Assembly: GCF_030684315.1 (NCBI RefSeq)
Contig: NC_081375.1
Coordinates: 37,554,068-37,618,067, forward strand
Length of the DNA stretch: 64,000 nucleotides
Direction of reading: 5' to 3'
Origin: Stegostoma tigrinum
Lineage: Eukaryota
Shown here: in pieces, positions 12,126-23,530 of the stretch
Layout: each line of letters begins with the position of its first letter
How positions within the stretch are numbered: the stretch's first letter is position 1
Made by a program: the position numbers and the translations under genes
Notes under the pieces: generated by a model
Databases searched by the model: none
What the model was told of the DNA's origin: nothing
The model's input: the letters and a program-made list of their open reading frames with translations, nothing else

Positions 12126-14148
12126 TTTCCGAACATGAACACCTTCCTCCGTATTGTTACCCACCCGCACATCCCTGGTTCCTGTTTTGTACGGGTTGAT
12201 CCCACACAGCCAACCCACTTTCAACTACCTATGACTTGATGCTAATCCACTGAGAACAATGTCATAACCTAGTCTAGTCTGAGACAGTTTGAATCAGCAC
12301 CATCAAATTTAATCCATTGTCTCCAAGTACAAAATGTCTTTTGTATAGGGCATATACTCTTTTGTATAAGCATATACTCTATAGCAGAAAGCTCTTGTGG
12401 CCACATAGTAGTCAAGTCCCTAGGAGGCCTGGGTTCAAATCTGATCTGCTCCACAGGTGTATAATAACATCTCTGGACAGGGTGATTAGAAAATATCTAT
12501 GCTCTATAGCAGAATCAAATACAGAATAAATATCACAGGCATGTTAGAAAAGAGTTACTATAAACTAGTTACAAATATCAGAACTTGCTTACTTTAAAAA
12601 GCTTCTTTCATTCAGGTTTGAGGTAGATCTCCTATTTGTCCTCCCAGTTAGACAAGAACGTAACCTCGGGAGATGACTAAAGAGAACAAGATGATACAAT
12701 GCAATACTAACAAGAAAAAAATCTTTCATCAGTCTGCTTTATTCTCGCCTCTTTTTACATGTTGAATGCTGAGGGTAATATATTTATCTAATGCCTGTCA
12801 TCAGTTTATCTTTGCAACTAGACTTTGTATTATTTTAAAGCAGATAATGATTTGCCACTGCAACATTTTGCATATGTTGTGTGGGATGTTAAAACAGTCA
12901 AATGACTTAAGCACTATGAGTCATTCGTTTCTTGTGGGGTTTGTAATATAAAGTCTGAATACGCATTTAGCTTCTTGCTCATATGTCAAACATTTCATTG
13001 TTTTGGTCAGAATTGATTCCTTAGAAAAAGTATTTTGATATTGAAATGACATGCAGATTAATTATGGATTGAATGGTTCAGTCATCATATGATTTAATTA
13101 ACTTACAAATTAAAAAGTAACATTTTTTCTTAATCAGAACTATTTGCCTGATAGATCTATTTTTATCTTAATTTAATGGAGTTATCATGTTGGCTTGAAT
13201 TTCAATATATAAAGTTTGTTATCTATTCATGTGCAACATGACTGTAAATAATAATTCAACATTTTATCCTTTGTTGGACATGTTCCACCAGTATTTTTCA
13301 CTAACAGGCAATATGCAATAAATCATTAAACATTTCCCTATATTCCCTCAGGAAAAGGAATGAGGCCACAAGAAAAGGGAATCTGCAAAGGATGGTGTAT
13401 TTGCCAATCACCCTGAATTCCAAGACCTGCTGGAACTATTTTCCAACATTGTTGAACAAACCCCCGTTTCCTTCTTTGTGTTATTGATTGCTGACATTTT
13501 GTTTCTAATCACTGTCCGTCAATTCCTGTGTCAGATGTGGATGCATTGGTGTTGAGCAATGATAGCTTTGGGCTTGGCTGCAAAAGGTCCTTGTGGTGAA
13601 TATCTTGCCAAAATATACTGTCTGGGGTTACAAATTAAACAAGAAGCCTTGAATAAGGTATCAGACAGCCCTTGCTACTTGTGGAACCATGTGGTTCATT
13701 ACACTGAAGAGGAAACGTGGTTAGAGAAGGAAAATTATAAATGATTTGAACACCACTTAGCCCGTTTGCATTGTACTACTAGAATTCATGTTTTACAGTA
13801 TGTTTAATAGCGAGGAAATCCATTAGAATATCTTATAAACTTTCTGGTTCCCATATTAGCCATGTAAATCAATGAGACCCTAAACTCACTGTTACCATTT
13901 GGTTACATCATGTTGGATAGCTGAATCTTTTGTCAAAATGATCAAAAGAGAAAATGATTGATGGAAGAAATCAAACTAACAGACAGAAAATTGGGAAAAA
14001 AAATAAAAATGCTTACAAAGGGAGAACTATGCAATGAGAGTGCAATGAGGAATTTTATCATAGTTACACATACATTGCAGATATAATGTGGAGATCTTAG
14101 ATCAGAATTATTCCATTATTTCCATTGTTTGGAAGGAAATTTTACAAG

Positions 14149-15336
14149 GAGGCAGGGTTAGAGCCAGTGAAGGTGATTGTAGGTGGGGAGTTAGGGAGGG
14201 GATAGGTCAGTCCAGAGAGGATGGACAGGCCGGTGGGGGCGGGGGGTGGGGGGGGGGGGTTGCAGATGAGATTAGTGGGTAGGACATCGGGATGGGGCTT
14301 GAGGTGGGAGGAATGGTTAGGGAGGTGGGGACCAGCTGGTTTTGGGATGTGATCGGGGGAGGGGAGATTTTGAAGCTTGAAAAGTCCCCATTGATACCCT
14401 GGGGCTGCAGGGTTCCCAAGCGAAATATGAGTTGCTGTTCCTGCATCTTTCTGGTGGCATCATTGTGGCAGTGCAGGAGGCCCAGGGTGGACATGTCATC
14501 CGAGGAGTTGGGGGGGCAGAGTTGAAATGGTTCGCGACTGGGAGGTGCAGTTGTTTGTTGTGAACCGAGTGTAGGTGTTCCTCAAAGCAATCCCCAAGCC
14601 TCCACTTGGTTTCCCCGATGTAGAGGAGGCCACAACGGGAACAGCGGATACAGTATATAACATTAACAGATGTGCAGGTGAACATCTGTTTGATGTGAAA
14701 AGTCTTCTTAGGGCCTGGGATCGGGGTGAGGGGAGAGGTATAGGGGCAGGTGTAGCACTTGCTTCAGTTGCAGGGAAAAGTGCCGGGGGTGGTGTGGCTG
14801 GAGGGGAGTGTGGAGCGGACAAGGGAGTCATGGGGAGAGTGGTCCCTCCGGTCGACCGTGTCTCCCGTACTTCCCACAACTCATCGCTCACACCCCCTCC
14901 CCGCAATAATAACCAAAACAGAATACCCCTTGTCCTCACGTACCACCCCACCAACTTCAAAATCCAATGCATCATCCTCCGACATTTCCGCCATCTGCAA
15001 TCTGACCCCACCACCAAAGACATTTTTCCTCCCCACCCTTATGTGCTTTCCGGAGGGACCACTCTCCCTACATTCACCTTCACTGGCTGTAACCCCGCCG
15101 CTTTGACCTTTCCATCTCCTCTCACCCTATCTTCTCCTTTATCCATCTTCTATCCGCCTCCCCCATCTCCCTATTTATTTCAGAATCTCTTTCCCCTCCC
15201 CCATTTCTGAGGAAGGGTCTTGACCCGAAACGTCAAACTTTCCTGCTCCTCTGATGCTGTTTGGCCTGCTGTGTTCATCCAGCTTCACACCGTGTTATCT
15301 CAGATTCCCCAGCATCAGCGGTTCCCACTATCTCTG
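14149..15336. mobile_element. Rearranged Penelope-like element (Neptune-type): GIY-YIG region on -, linker and pLTR on +
   Basis: ORF 14317..14685 FTCTSVNVIYCIRCSRCGLLYIGETKWRLGDCFEEH; ORF 14207..14494 EQQLIFRLGTLQPQGIN; + strand RIPLVLTYHP; ends with the tail ttcccactatctct. Confidence 0.9.
15207..15234 (+). ncRNA. Minimal hammerhead ribozyme (PLE type)
   Basis: ttt-ctgagga-agggtcttgaccc-gaaacgtc-aaa: intact core, GGGU/ACCC stem II, ACGU palindrome, UUU/AAA stem I. Confidence 0.75.
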
Positions 15337-16094
15337 ACCCAAAATTTGGAGATCATTTGGGGATAATTTGGAGATTTTGAGATTTCGCTTTTTAGTTTAG
15401 CACTAGCGAAACCTTTATTCCAGACTTGACTCTATCGTTGTACCTGCCAGGATCTCAACAATAGGATCCACTCCCTCCCATTGCAAATGCCTTCTTCAGC
15501 TCACAGCAGCTTTCCAACACAAATTCTGAACCCTTGCTCGCAGTTGCAGGGAATTGTGTCTATCCACCTGACTATGCTGTCCCATCTTGCCACTACAATC
15601 CTGTTAGCTGCTCCTGCTTTAATAATTTCCTTACCACGCAGTGTGGTCGTTCTTCACCAGCTTAAGCAGTGAAATAACATTAAGTAAATGGTGAAAAAGA
15701 CAATGCGTGCAAAATATGAGCACAACTTGGAAATGTTGGTAATGAATATAATTTTGTATCAAAATCAATCTCAGCTTCAAGAAAGTGACGAAAAGTTGAT
15801 ATAAATTCGAATTTTGTTTTACCATTGTTGACAGTACTGTTGGTAAAAATCATTAAGTTGTTCTTTAAAGTCAAGAAAGGAATACTGCCACCTTCTGACG
15901 GTAGCTTGGTAATGGCAAAAACAATGGAAAAACTGAAGTGAGATTATGGCATTCTCTTTACATTGCGCTTCATGTTGATGGATGAGTTGATAAAATGCTA
16001 TTTGGAGCAGTATCTTATGACGAAGAATAGTTTTTGGAATTGCTTAAAATGTATTAACGGTAACTTCAACGCTCTTCAAAAATCTTATTTATGA

Positions 16095-18005
16095 CATAAA
16101 GCTAGGTGGGAGGATAAACTGTGAGGGGGTGCAGAGTTGCTTCAGTGTGATTTGGACAAGTTGAGTAAATGGGCAAACACATGACAGATGAAGTACAATG
16201 TGGATAAATGTGAACTTACCCTCTTTGGTTGCAAAAATATGAAGGCAGATCGTTATCTGACTGGCATCAGATTGGGGAAGGGAAGGTGGAATGAGACCTG
16301 AGTATCCTTGTACGCCAGTCATTGAATGTTAGCGTGCAGGTGCAGCAGGCCATGAAGAAGGCAAATGGTACATTGGTACTCATTGCAAGATGATTCAAAA
16401 ACAGGAGAAGGGTTGTCTTGTTGCAATTGTACATGGTCTTGATGAGATTATATCTGGAATTTTGCAAGCAATTTTAGCCTCCTTAACTGAAGAAGGATGT
16501 TCTGGTTATGGAGGGTGTAGGGCCGTAATTCCCAGCTGGGTTCAAAGACTTAGGCAAAAGGCAGAATTCAGGCAAGTGGAAGACTTTTATTCAAGCAAAA
16601 ATAGTTGATGAAGGGAGAGGGGCAAAGGATCTTCCTTGAATCTGGCCTCGACATGAGAAAGCAATTTTCCCCTTAATCTTTAGTTCAGATTGGAAGAGAG
16701 ATCAATGAAGCACTTTGATCATTATAGTGAAATACAGCATTTTTATACATTTTTTGTAATGATGATCAAATACAGCATAGGCACTGTCCTTTCCCCTTAA
16801 TCCATACAACCAGTTCCGTTAGACACCCAAACAATGATGGGCATTCCTATGGACAGCCCCAGGTTCCCATGATTTTGTAGTGTTTACCAGACATTGTTGT
16901 CCCTAGGCCTTGGGATCATTCTATGCATCCTATTCATTCACACCCCAAATTTACTGGCTATATTCCTTCAGATCTGTCTCAGCTTGTTTATTTCTAAGGA
17001 CATGCTTATTTCTAAGGACGTGCTTATCACATGCTTTATCAAATTCAGTTATTTCTCTTATATTTCTCACTGTTCCAATTACATATGCAAAAGTACAAAA
17101 GACAGTTAGTTTTATTTAATTACTATAAGGTTAATTTCTGTTATAAAGTTGGTTATAAAGTATAAAAATGTACAGCTACTTCTACTGTTAGCACTAGGTA
17201 ATTAATGGCCTGTGAACTATCTATTTTGTTCAGGGCAGAAGAGAAGGTGGTTCTTAAGACTAACTAACTTTCACATCTAGATTTAAGTGCTTTTTCCCTA
17301 ATGCTTGTACTATACTTTGGTTATATCTGTATCTATCCTTTATGTTGAAAACTACTTCTATGATTATCTGAAGAATCTTTAACTAGAATCTATTTCTTAA
17401 TATTGTAAGTAACTTAAAAAAAGCAACAAGTCTCTCCAAAATAACTTTAGCTGTTGATTTTGCAGCTGCTTAGGGAGTTAATCTGGCTGGTTCATGGGCT
17501 GAGGCTTACACCTGGTATTATTCATTTACTGGGACAATCATCCTTTCATTAATGAAGCTGGAACCGATCGCTTATCTATCCTTAGGCATCTTCTTATCAG
17601 AACTGTCTCCGATGTTTGCTAGCAGGGCCCCCTTTACTGACCTTGGAGCAGTCCTGTTCAAAGGTACCAGTATGTTTCACTGTGTGAGTAGGCTGTTTAG
17701 TTTTGCCTAGTTTCTGTCTGCTACTTTGTAAGCGGACATGGGCCACTCTGTAAATGCAGGTACCGATTCATTTTATATGGACAGGTATACGTCACCTCCA
17801 AGGACAGAATGCAACAAAGGTTTACCAGATTAATTCCTGGGATGGCAAGATGGACATAAAAAGAGAGTTTGGATCAATCAGGACTAAATTCACAGACGTT
17901 TAGAAGGTAGAGGGAGGATGTCTCAGAAACCTATGAAATGTTAGCAGGACTAGATTCATTTCACACAGGAAGGATGTAGCTGATGACCAGGGGGTCCAGA
18001 ACATG
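16095..18005 (+). mobile_element. CR1 LINE fragment split by a ~1.29 kb insertion
   Basis: CR1 RT C-terminal sequence runs to ...ttatggaggg (16515) and resumes at ~17807 with tgcaacaaaggtttaccagattaattcctgggatg. Confidence 0.8.
16516..17806 (-). mobile_element. Solo-LTR-like insertion
   Basis: Discrete non-coding insert in CR1; begins TGTAGG and ends CCTCCA (17800) or GGACA (17806); - strand AATAAA ~70 bp from the left end; internal 18-bp tandem duplication at ~16990-17027. No clean TSD. Confidence 0.55.
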
Positions 18006-18224
18006 GTGTTATGGACCAGGCTAAACACCTTAAAAGCATAGCAAGGAAATGGCCTATTCCCTAACTTTTTCTTATTTTACAAATAAGTTCTAGGCGTTGT
18101 GTTTTGGATGAAATTCCAAGATCCTTGTACATGAGACAGTTAATTATTCTTCCAACTCTTCTGTATGTGTGGAATGTTGGCTCAGCCATGATCATATTCA
18201 ATGGCAAAGTAAGCTCCAGGGGCC

Positions 18225-18370
18225 GAACAGTCTACTATGTACCTATTTCTTATGGCTCTGGAACTTGGGTTACATTTAGACGCCACCTCAAGGTCCTTGA
18301 GAAGGAACATCAATCCCGTTTGAAATGGATTCTCCACATCAGCTTCCTTGAAGAAGCCAATAGCACCAGC
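18225..18370 (+). mobile_element. RTE-clade LINE fragment
   Basis: YGSGTWVTFRRHLKVLEKEHQSRLKWILHIS resembles the RTE/BovB C-terminal YGxETW...LE.FH.RCLR.IL motif. Confidence 0.65.
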
Positions 18371-19416
18371 ATGGCTTGCAGATTAGACAATTTGAGGAAT
18401 GTTCAGGCCAATGGGGTGCTGCAGCAACCCCTGTAAATGAATTGGGAGATACAGAAGAACATTTAAAATGTTAGGCTCTTTTGTTTCTATACACCTTGAT
18501 GTGGATCCAGCGAAGCAGCAAATTTCCTCCTGGTTTCATAGAAAAACCTGGGGCAATCAATGGCCTTTGCCATTGCTCACCCTTCTTGATCCCCATGGTT
18601 TGTCTCACTCCCATTTTTGCCTTACTCAGCATTGGATGTACTGGTATCCAAAACAGTTAAAATTATAAAGGCAAACTGCCTTGGAGCACCTCATTATTGC
18701 AAAGAGGCTGAAGACCTGTGTTCCTCTTGACTGCAGCAATTGTTTGTTGCATTATTTTTGACCTTTCAAAACTATCTAACACCACTTTTAGCCAAGTGAA
18801 TTAAAAAAAAGCTTCACTTAGTTTATTTACGTTTCACATCTTCACAGTGGACAATTGAATGTAAAATGTATGAACAGTCTTCAGCTATTGAACTTGATCT
18901 ATCAACAAATCCAGCAGAGGTCTCCATTGATCTACAGTGTTCTATTTTGCAGTTACTTTTAGTATTTCTTTCTACTTACATTGAGAAATAGGAATCACAT
19001 TCCAATGGAATCTCCTAACCAGTTAGTTTAGCCATTGTCATAATCTATAGAGATGTCAATTTCCCAGCAACTGATGGAAATACCTGAAGGTCATAATTTC
19101 ATATTTTGAAACCAATAACGAATGACTAAACATTACTTGGCAGGCAACTAATAGAATAAACCATAAGAAAGGTACTTTCTCCAATTAATACAACCAAAAT
19201 TTCACATCATGTTTATACATTACAGCAAATGTGTAGCTTTATACGTAAGTCCAAAATTATTTTAGGCTGCCTAATAATAATTTCTTCACTCTTCTAGGAC
19301 CAGATGAGTCTTCCAATGTCCTTTTAAAGCTTCATTGATTCAATTTTCTTCTGCATGGAACTGAATTGACATCCGGAACCAAGACGTCCCATGGCAATTC
19401 CTCAATCTTTAAGCCT

Positions 19417-19655
19417 CTACAAGTACAGAGAGTCGTGAGCACAGCCCAGCCCATCTGCCTCCCATCCACTGATTTTATCTAACATTTCCCACTGCATCAG
19501 GAAAGCAATCAACATAATCAAAGACCCCTCCCACACTGGTTGTACTCTCTTCCACCCTCTTCTGTCGGGCAGAAGATATAAATGTTTTCTACACATATGA
19601 ACAGATTCAAAAACTGCTTCTTCCCTGCTGTTATCAGACTTTTGAATGGATCTCT
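19417..19655 (+). mobile_element. Rex1/Babar-type LINE 3' fragment
   Basis: Encodes IIKDPSH.G...LSGRRY and RFKNCFFPAVIRLLN, the typical Rex/Babar C-terminus. Confidence 0.75.
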
Positions 19656-19951
19656 TGAGTTTCAACTCAGATTTCTGACCCCACGCTACCAAATCACATC
19701 GGTCTGCCTCTGGACAGATTTAGGTCTGACTATCACACCTATTCCAAGGCATTCTGCCTTATTCTAAATTAAAATAACCAGTTGAAAACACAATTGTCTT
19801 AGAAGGTGTCAAATTTGTGACTTCATACAGAACACAAAGTTAATGGATTTTGTTGCTAATATTGAGACAATCCATTCTGCTGCCTTAATTAATAAAATGT
19901 GAGGCTGGATGAACACAGCAGGCCAAGCAGCATCTCAGGAGCACAAAAGCT

Positions 19952-19979
19952 GACGTTTCGGGCCTAGACCCTTCATCAG
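19952..19979 (-). ncRNA. Minimal hammerhead ribozyme (intact core)
   Basis: Reverse complement reads ctgatga-agggtctaggccc-gaaacgtc. Confidence 0.75.
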
Positions 19980-20203
19980 AGAGGGGGATGGGGAGAGGGA
20001 ACTGGAATAAATAGGGAGAGAGGGGGAGGCAGACCGAAAATGGAGAGTAAAGAAGATAGGTGGAGAGAGTATAGGTGGGGAGGTAGGGAGGGGATAGGTC
20101 AGTCCAGGGAAGACGGACAGGTCAAGGAGGTGGGATGAAGTTAGTAGGTAGATGGGGGTGCGACTTGGGGTGGGAGGAAGGGATGGGTGAGAGGAAGAAC
20201 CGG

Positions 20204-20920
20204 TTAGGGAGGCAGAAACAGGTTGGACTGGTTTTGGGATGCAGTGGGTGGGGGGGAAGAGCTGGGCTGGTTGTGTGGTGCAGTGGGGGGAGGGGACGAA
20301 CTGGGCTGGTTTAGGGATGCAGTTGGGGAAGGGGAGATTTTGAAACTGGTGAAGTCCACATTGATACCATTAGGCTGCAGGGTCCCCAGGCGGAATATGA
20401 GTTGCTGTTCCTGCAACCTTCGGGTGGCATCATTGTGGCAGTGCAGGAGGCCCATGATGGACATGTCATCTAGAGAATGGGAGGGGGAGTGGAAATGGTT
20501 TGCGACTGGGAGGTGCAGTTGTTTGTTGCGAACTGAGCGGAGGTGTTCTGCAAAGCGGTCTCAAAGCCTCCGCTTGGTTTCCCCAATGTAGAGGAAGCCA
20601 CACCGGGTACAGTGGATGCAGTATACCACATTGGCAGATGTGCAGGTGAACCTCTGCTTAATGTGGAATGTCATCTTGGGGCCTGGGATAGGGGTGAAGG
20701 AGGAGGTGTGGGGGCAAGTGTAGCATTTCCTGCGGTTGCAGGGGAAGGTGCCGGGTGTGGTGGGGTTGGAGGGCAGTGTGGAGCGAACAAGGGAGTCACG
20801 GAGAGAGTGGTCTCTCCGGAAAGCAGACAGGGGTGGGGATGGAAAGATGTCTTGGGTGGTGGGGTCGGATTGTAAATGGCGGAAGTGTCGGAGGATGATG
20901 CGTTGTATCCAGAGGTTGGT
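20204..20920 (-). pseudogene. PLE Cys-rich linker and GIY-YIG endonuclease, 5'-truncated, with one in-frame nonsense codon
   Basis: GTFPCNRRKCYTCPH...NVVYCIHCTRCGFLYIGETKRRL*DRFAEH...EQQLIFRLGTLQPNGINVDF; TGA at 20563-20561 replaces Gly. Confidence 0.9.
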
Positions 20921-21221
20921 GGAATCACAACCAGCCCAGCTCTTCCCCCCCACCCACTGCATCCCAAAACCAGTCCAACCTGTCTCTGCCTCCCTAACCG
21001 GTTCTTCTTCTCACCCATCCCTTCCTCCCAACCCAAGCTGCACCCCCATCTACCTACTAACTTCATCCCACCTCCTTGACCTGTCCGTCTTCCCTGGACT
21101 GACCTATCCCCTCCCTACCTCCCCACCTATACTCTCTCCACCTATCTTCTTTACTCTCCATCTTCGGTCCGCCTCCCCCTCTCTCCCTATTTATTCCAGT
21201 TCCCTCTCCCCATCCCCCTCT

Positions 21222-21249
21222 CCGATGAAGGGTCTAGGCCCGAAACGTC
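21222..21249 (+). ncRNA. Minimal hammerhead ribozyme with a mutated core (CCGAUGA)
   Basis: ccgatga-agggtctaggccc-gaaacgtc. Confidence 0.6.
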
Positions 21250-21399
21250 AGCTTTTGTGCTCCTGAGATGCTGCTTGGCTTGCTGTGTTCATCCAGCCGC
21301 ACATTTTATTATCTTGGAATTCTCCAGCATCTGCAGTTCCCATTATCTCTGCTGCCTTAATTACTTCCTTTCACCCCCTTTGTCTATCAACTGTTCTCC

Positions 21400-23530
21400 C
21401 TCCCTCACCCTGAAACTCCACTTTAGTTTTGGATTTTTGCTGCTCTTCTCTGACCCCACCTTATCTGTTTTAAAAAAGACCCTATTCTTTTCAATACATT
21501 ACCGTTGAATTATTGACTAGCCAACTCTCTTCTAGTTCACATCCTTGCCGACATTGTAAAGCCTTTTCTCTCCTTAGGCAGTGCCCCCTTTCAAAAACAC
21601 TACCTTCACGCCTACTTCCCACTGTCAGAAAAGAATGTGGCCCTTTGTCCCTCTGCTCTTATATGCTGCATTCAATTTCCAATTGTTCTTTGCCCCTCAA
21701 AACCCTAGGACATATCATCATCTCCAACATGGTGTCTATCTCTATCCTCACTACAGCACTGAAAAGACTCTAATCAATAGACCAGTGACATCCCCTTTGA
21801 ATGTGACTATAAAATATTTTCCTCTTTAACATTCCTGAATTCTTCCTCAGGGTCCATTACACTATGTTTCTCTAACTCCTTTCCTTTGTTGGCAAACTCT
21901 CTAACACTGCTCTCATTTGCTTCTGCTCCTGCTTACTTGATCATACCATGAGCAACTCTTGCAATAGATTTTCTTCCCATGTTCAGAAGTTTGGTTAAGA
22001 AGGGCTTCAAGTCTCTTTCTTTGATTTACTATCTCCTCATCAATGCGTCGCCCTTTTGCAACATCAACCTCAGACTGGCCTTCCAGCTCTACCTCATCCT
22101 CTTCTCTTGACTCCTCCACTGCCTTTGTCCAAAATGCCGTGTTCAATGAGCCACAATAACATCCCATCAAACACTGGGAAGATGAATGGCATTATTTCCA
22201 ATGTTCACCATAAAATCCATTTCCTTGCTTCAGATTCTATTTCCCTCACTGACCGCAGTCCCAGGTTCATCTGGATGGTTGCCAACCTCAAGGTCCTATT
22301 CACTGTTCTATCTTCTTTTATTACAATGACAGCTTACTTCATTGCTTTATCTGGGCATTAGGTAATGTTGCTACCTGCACACCTGGGCATTGGTTCTTCG
22401 TATGTTTGGGCTGTGGGTGTCTGCACCTGCACTATCTATCAGCCACTTTGTTCCTTTTCTCTAAATATGGCTCTTCCACTCCTCGGATGATGTGTAACAC
22501 TTTTTCATTTGTTTCTGAACTTTGCAAGTTACCAAATACAGCCCTCTAGAATGGTGTCTAGGACCTCTCTCTCTTTACATATGTTTTCTATTTTGCTGTC
22601 TTCTCTTGGCCTCAGTCCTGATGCTAGAATCACATCATCAGTTGCATCATCATCATTGGCATATATCATTCTGCTACATTCACCTCTATAATATGGCTCA
22701 GCTGCCTAAGGCCTTTTGATGCCACAATCCTCAGCCATGGCTTTGTCATTTCCAGAGTCAATTATTTATTCCAAAGGCATCACCTTCAATGCATGTCACA
22801 AATGCTGTTTCCTGGCCAGCAACTTCATCCTTCACCTTGGCATATCATTGATATGAAACCAGACTACTGGCATCCTGGTGTTTTATATGTTATCCCATTA
22901 ACTTCTGACTTCATCTTTTATCTATCATCAAAATCTCCCACTTCAATGTCTGTAATTATTCTCACATCTCTGCCCTGCCTCAGCTCATCTGATGCCGAAG
23001 CCTTCATCTATTTTTTTTTCACTTGGTCTCAACAATTCTGGTGTGCCCGAACAGCCTCCCACTTTCCATCTTCCTTAAATTTAAGGTCATCCAAAACTCT
23101 GCTGTCCAAGTCCCAATTTGCAACATGTCAGATTCAAACATCATTCCTCTGCCTGTTTGTCAACATTGGCTTCTGGTCCCGCCTTGATTTTAACATTGTC
23201 ATCCTTGTTTTCAAATCACTCCACACTGATCTCCTCCGGCCCTCAAACAGCCTTGTGCTCTTTCAATTTCAGTATCTTTAATTGGCCGTTCTTAATTTTT
23301 ATAGGCAACCATGTCCTCATCTGCTTTCCTCCTATGTGCTTGAATTTCCCCCTTAAATGTCTCCACATTTTGATCTGTTTCTCATTTTAAGACACTCCTT
23401 GAAACCTACATCAATAACAAAATTGTGCTAGTATTTCTCTGACTAGCTATGTACTAAGATTTTGTTTGATAAATGCTCCTGTGAAGCATCTTGGGACGTT
23501 TCGTAATGTAATTAGCAGCATTTAATGCGT
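21400..23530 (+). mobile_element. Highly decayed L2-clade LINE fragments
   Basis: Remnants such as H.HSTE..L, LPCLSSSDAEAFIY and RLDFNIVILVFKSLH; pyrimidine-rich + strand typical of L2. Confidence 0.6.

Larger units (their letters stand above)
19890..21350 (-). mobile_element. Young Penelope-like element with inverted pLTRs and a 16-bp TSD
   Basis: Near-identical inverted arms ~19890-20270 and ~20925-21311; TSD tctgctgccttaatta at 19876-19891 and 21348-21363; GIY-YIG region between the arms. Confidence 0.95.

Noticed and set aside
13350-13744. Protein-looking frames in unique DNA (e.g. ESAKDGVFANHPEFQDLLELF on +; SIFWQDIHHKDLLQPSPK on -)
   Set aside because: No recognisable homology and no consistent pair of splice sites.
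14575-15210. 211-aa + strand ORF, and similar ORFs at 20543-21266
   Set aside because: Chimeric frames across PLE inversion junctions; not host genes.
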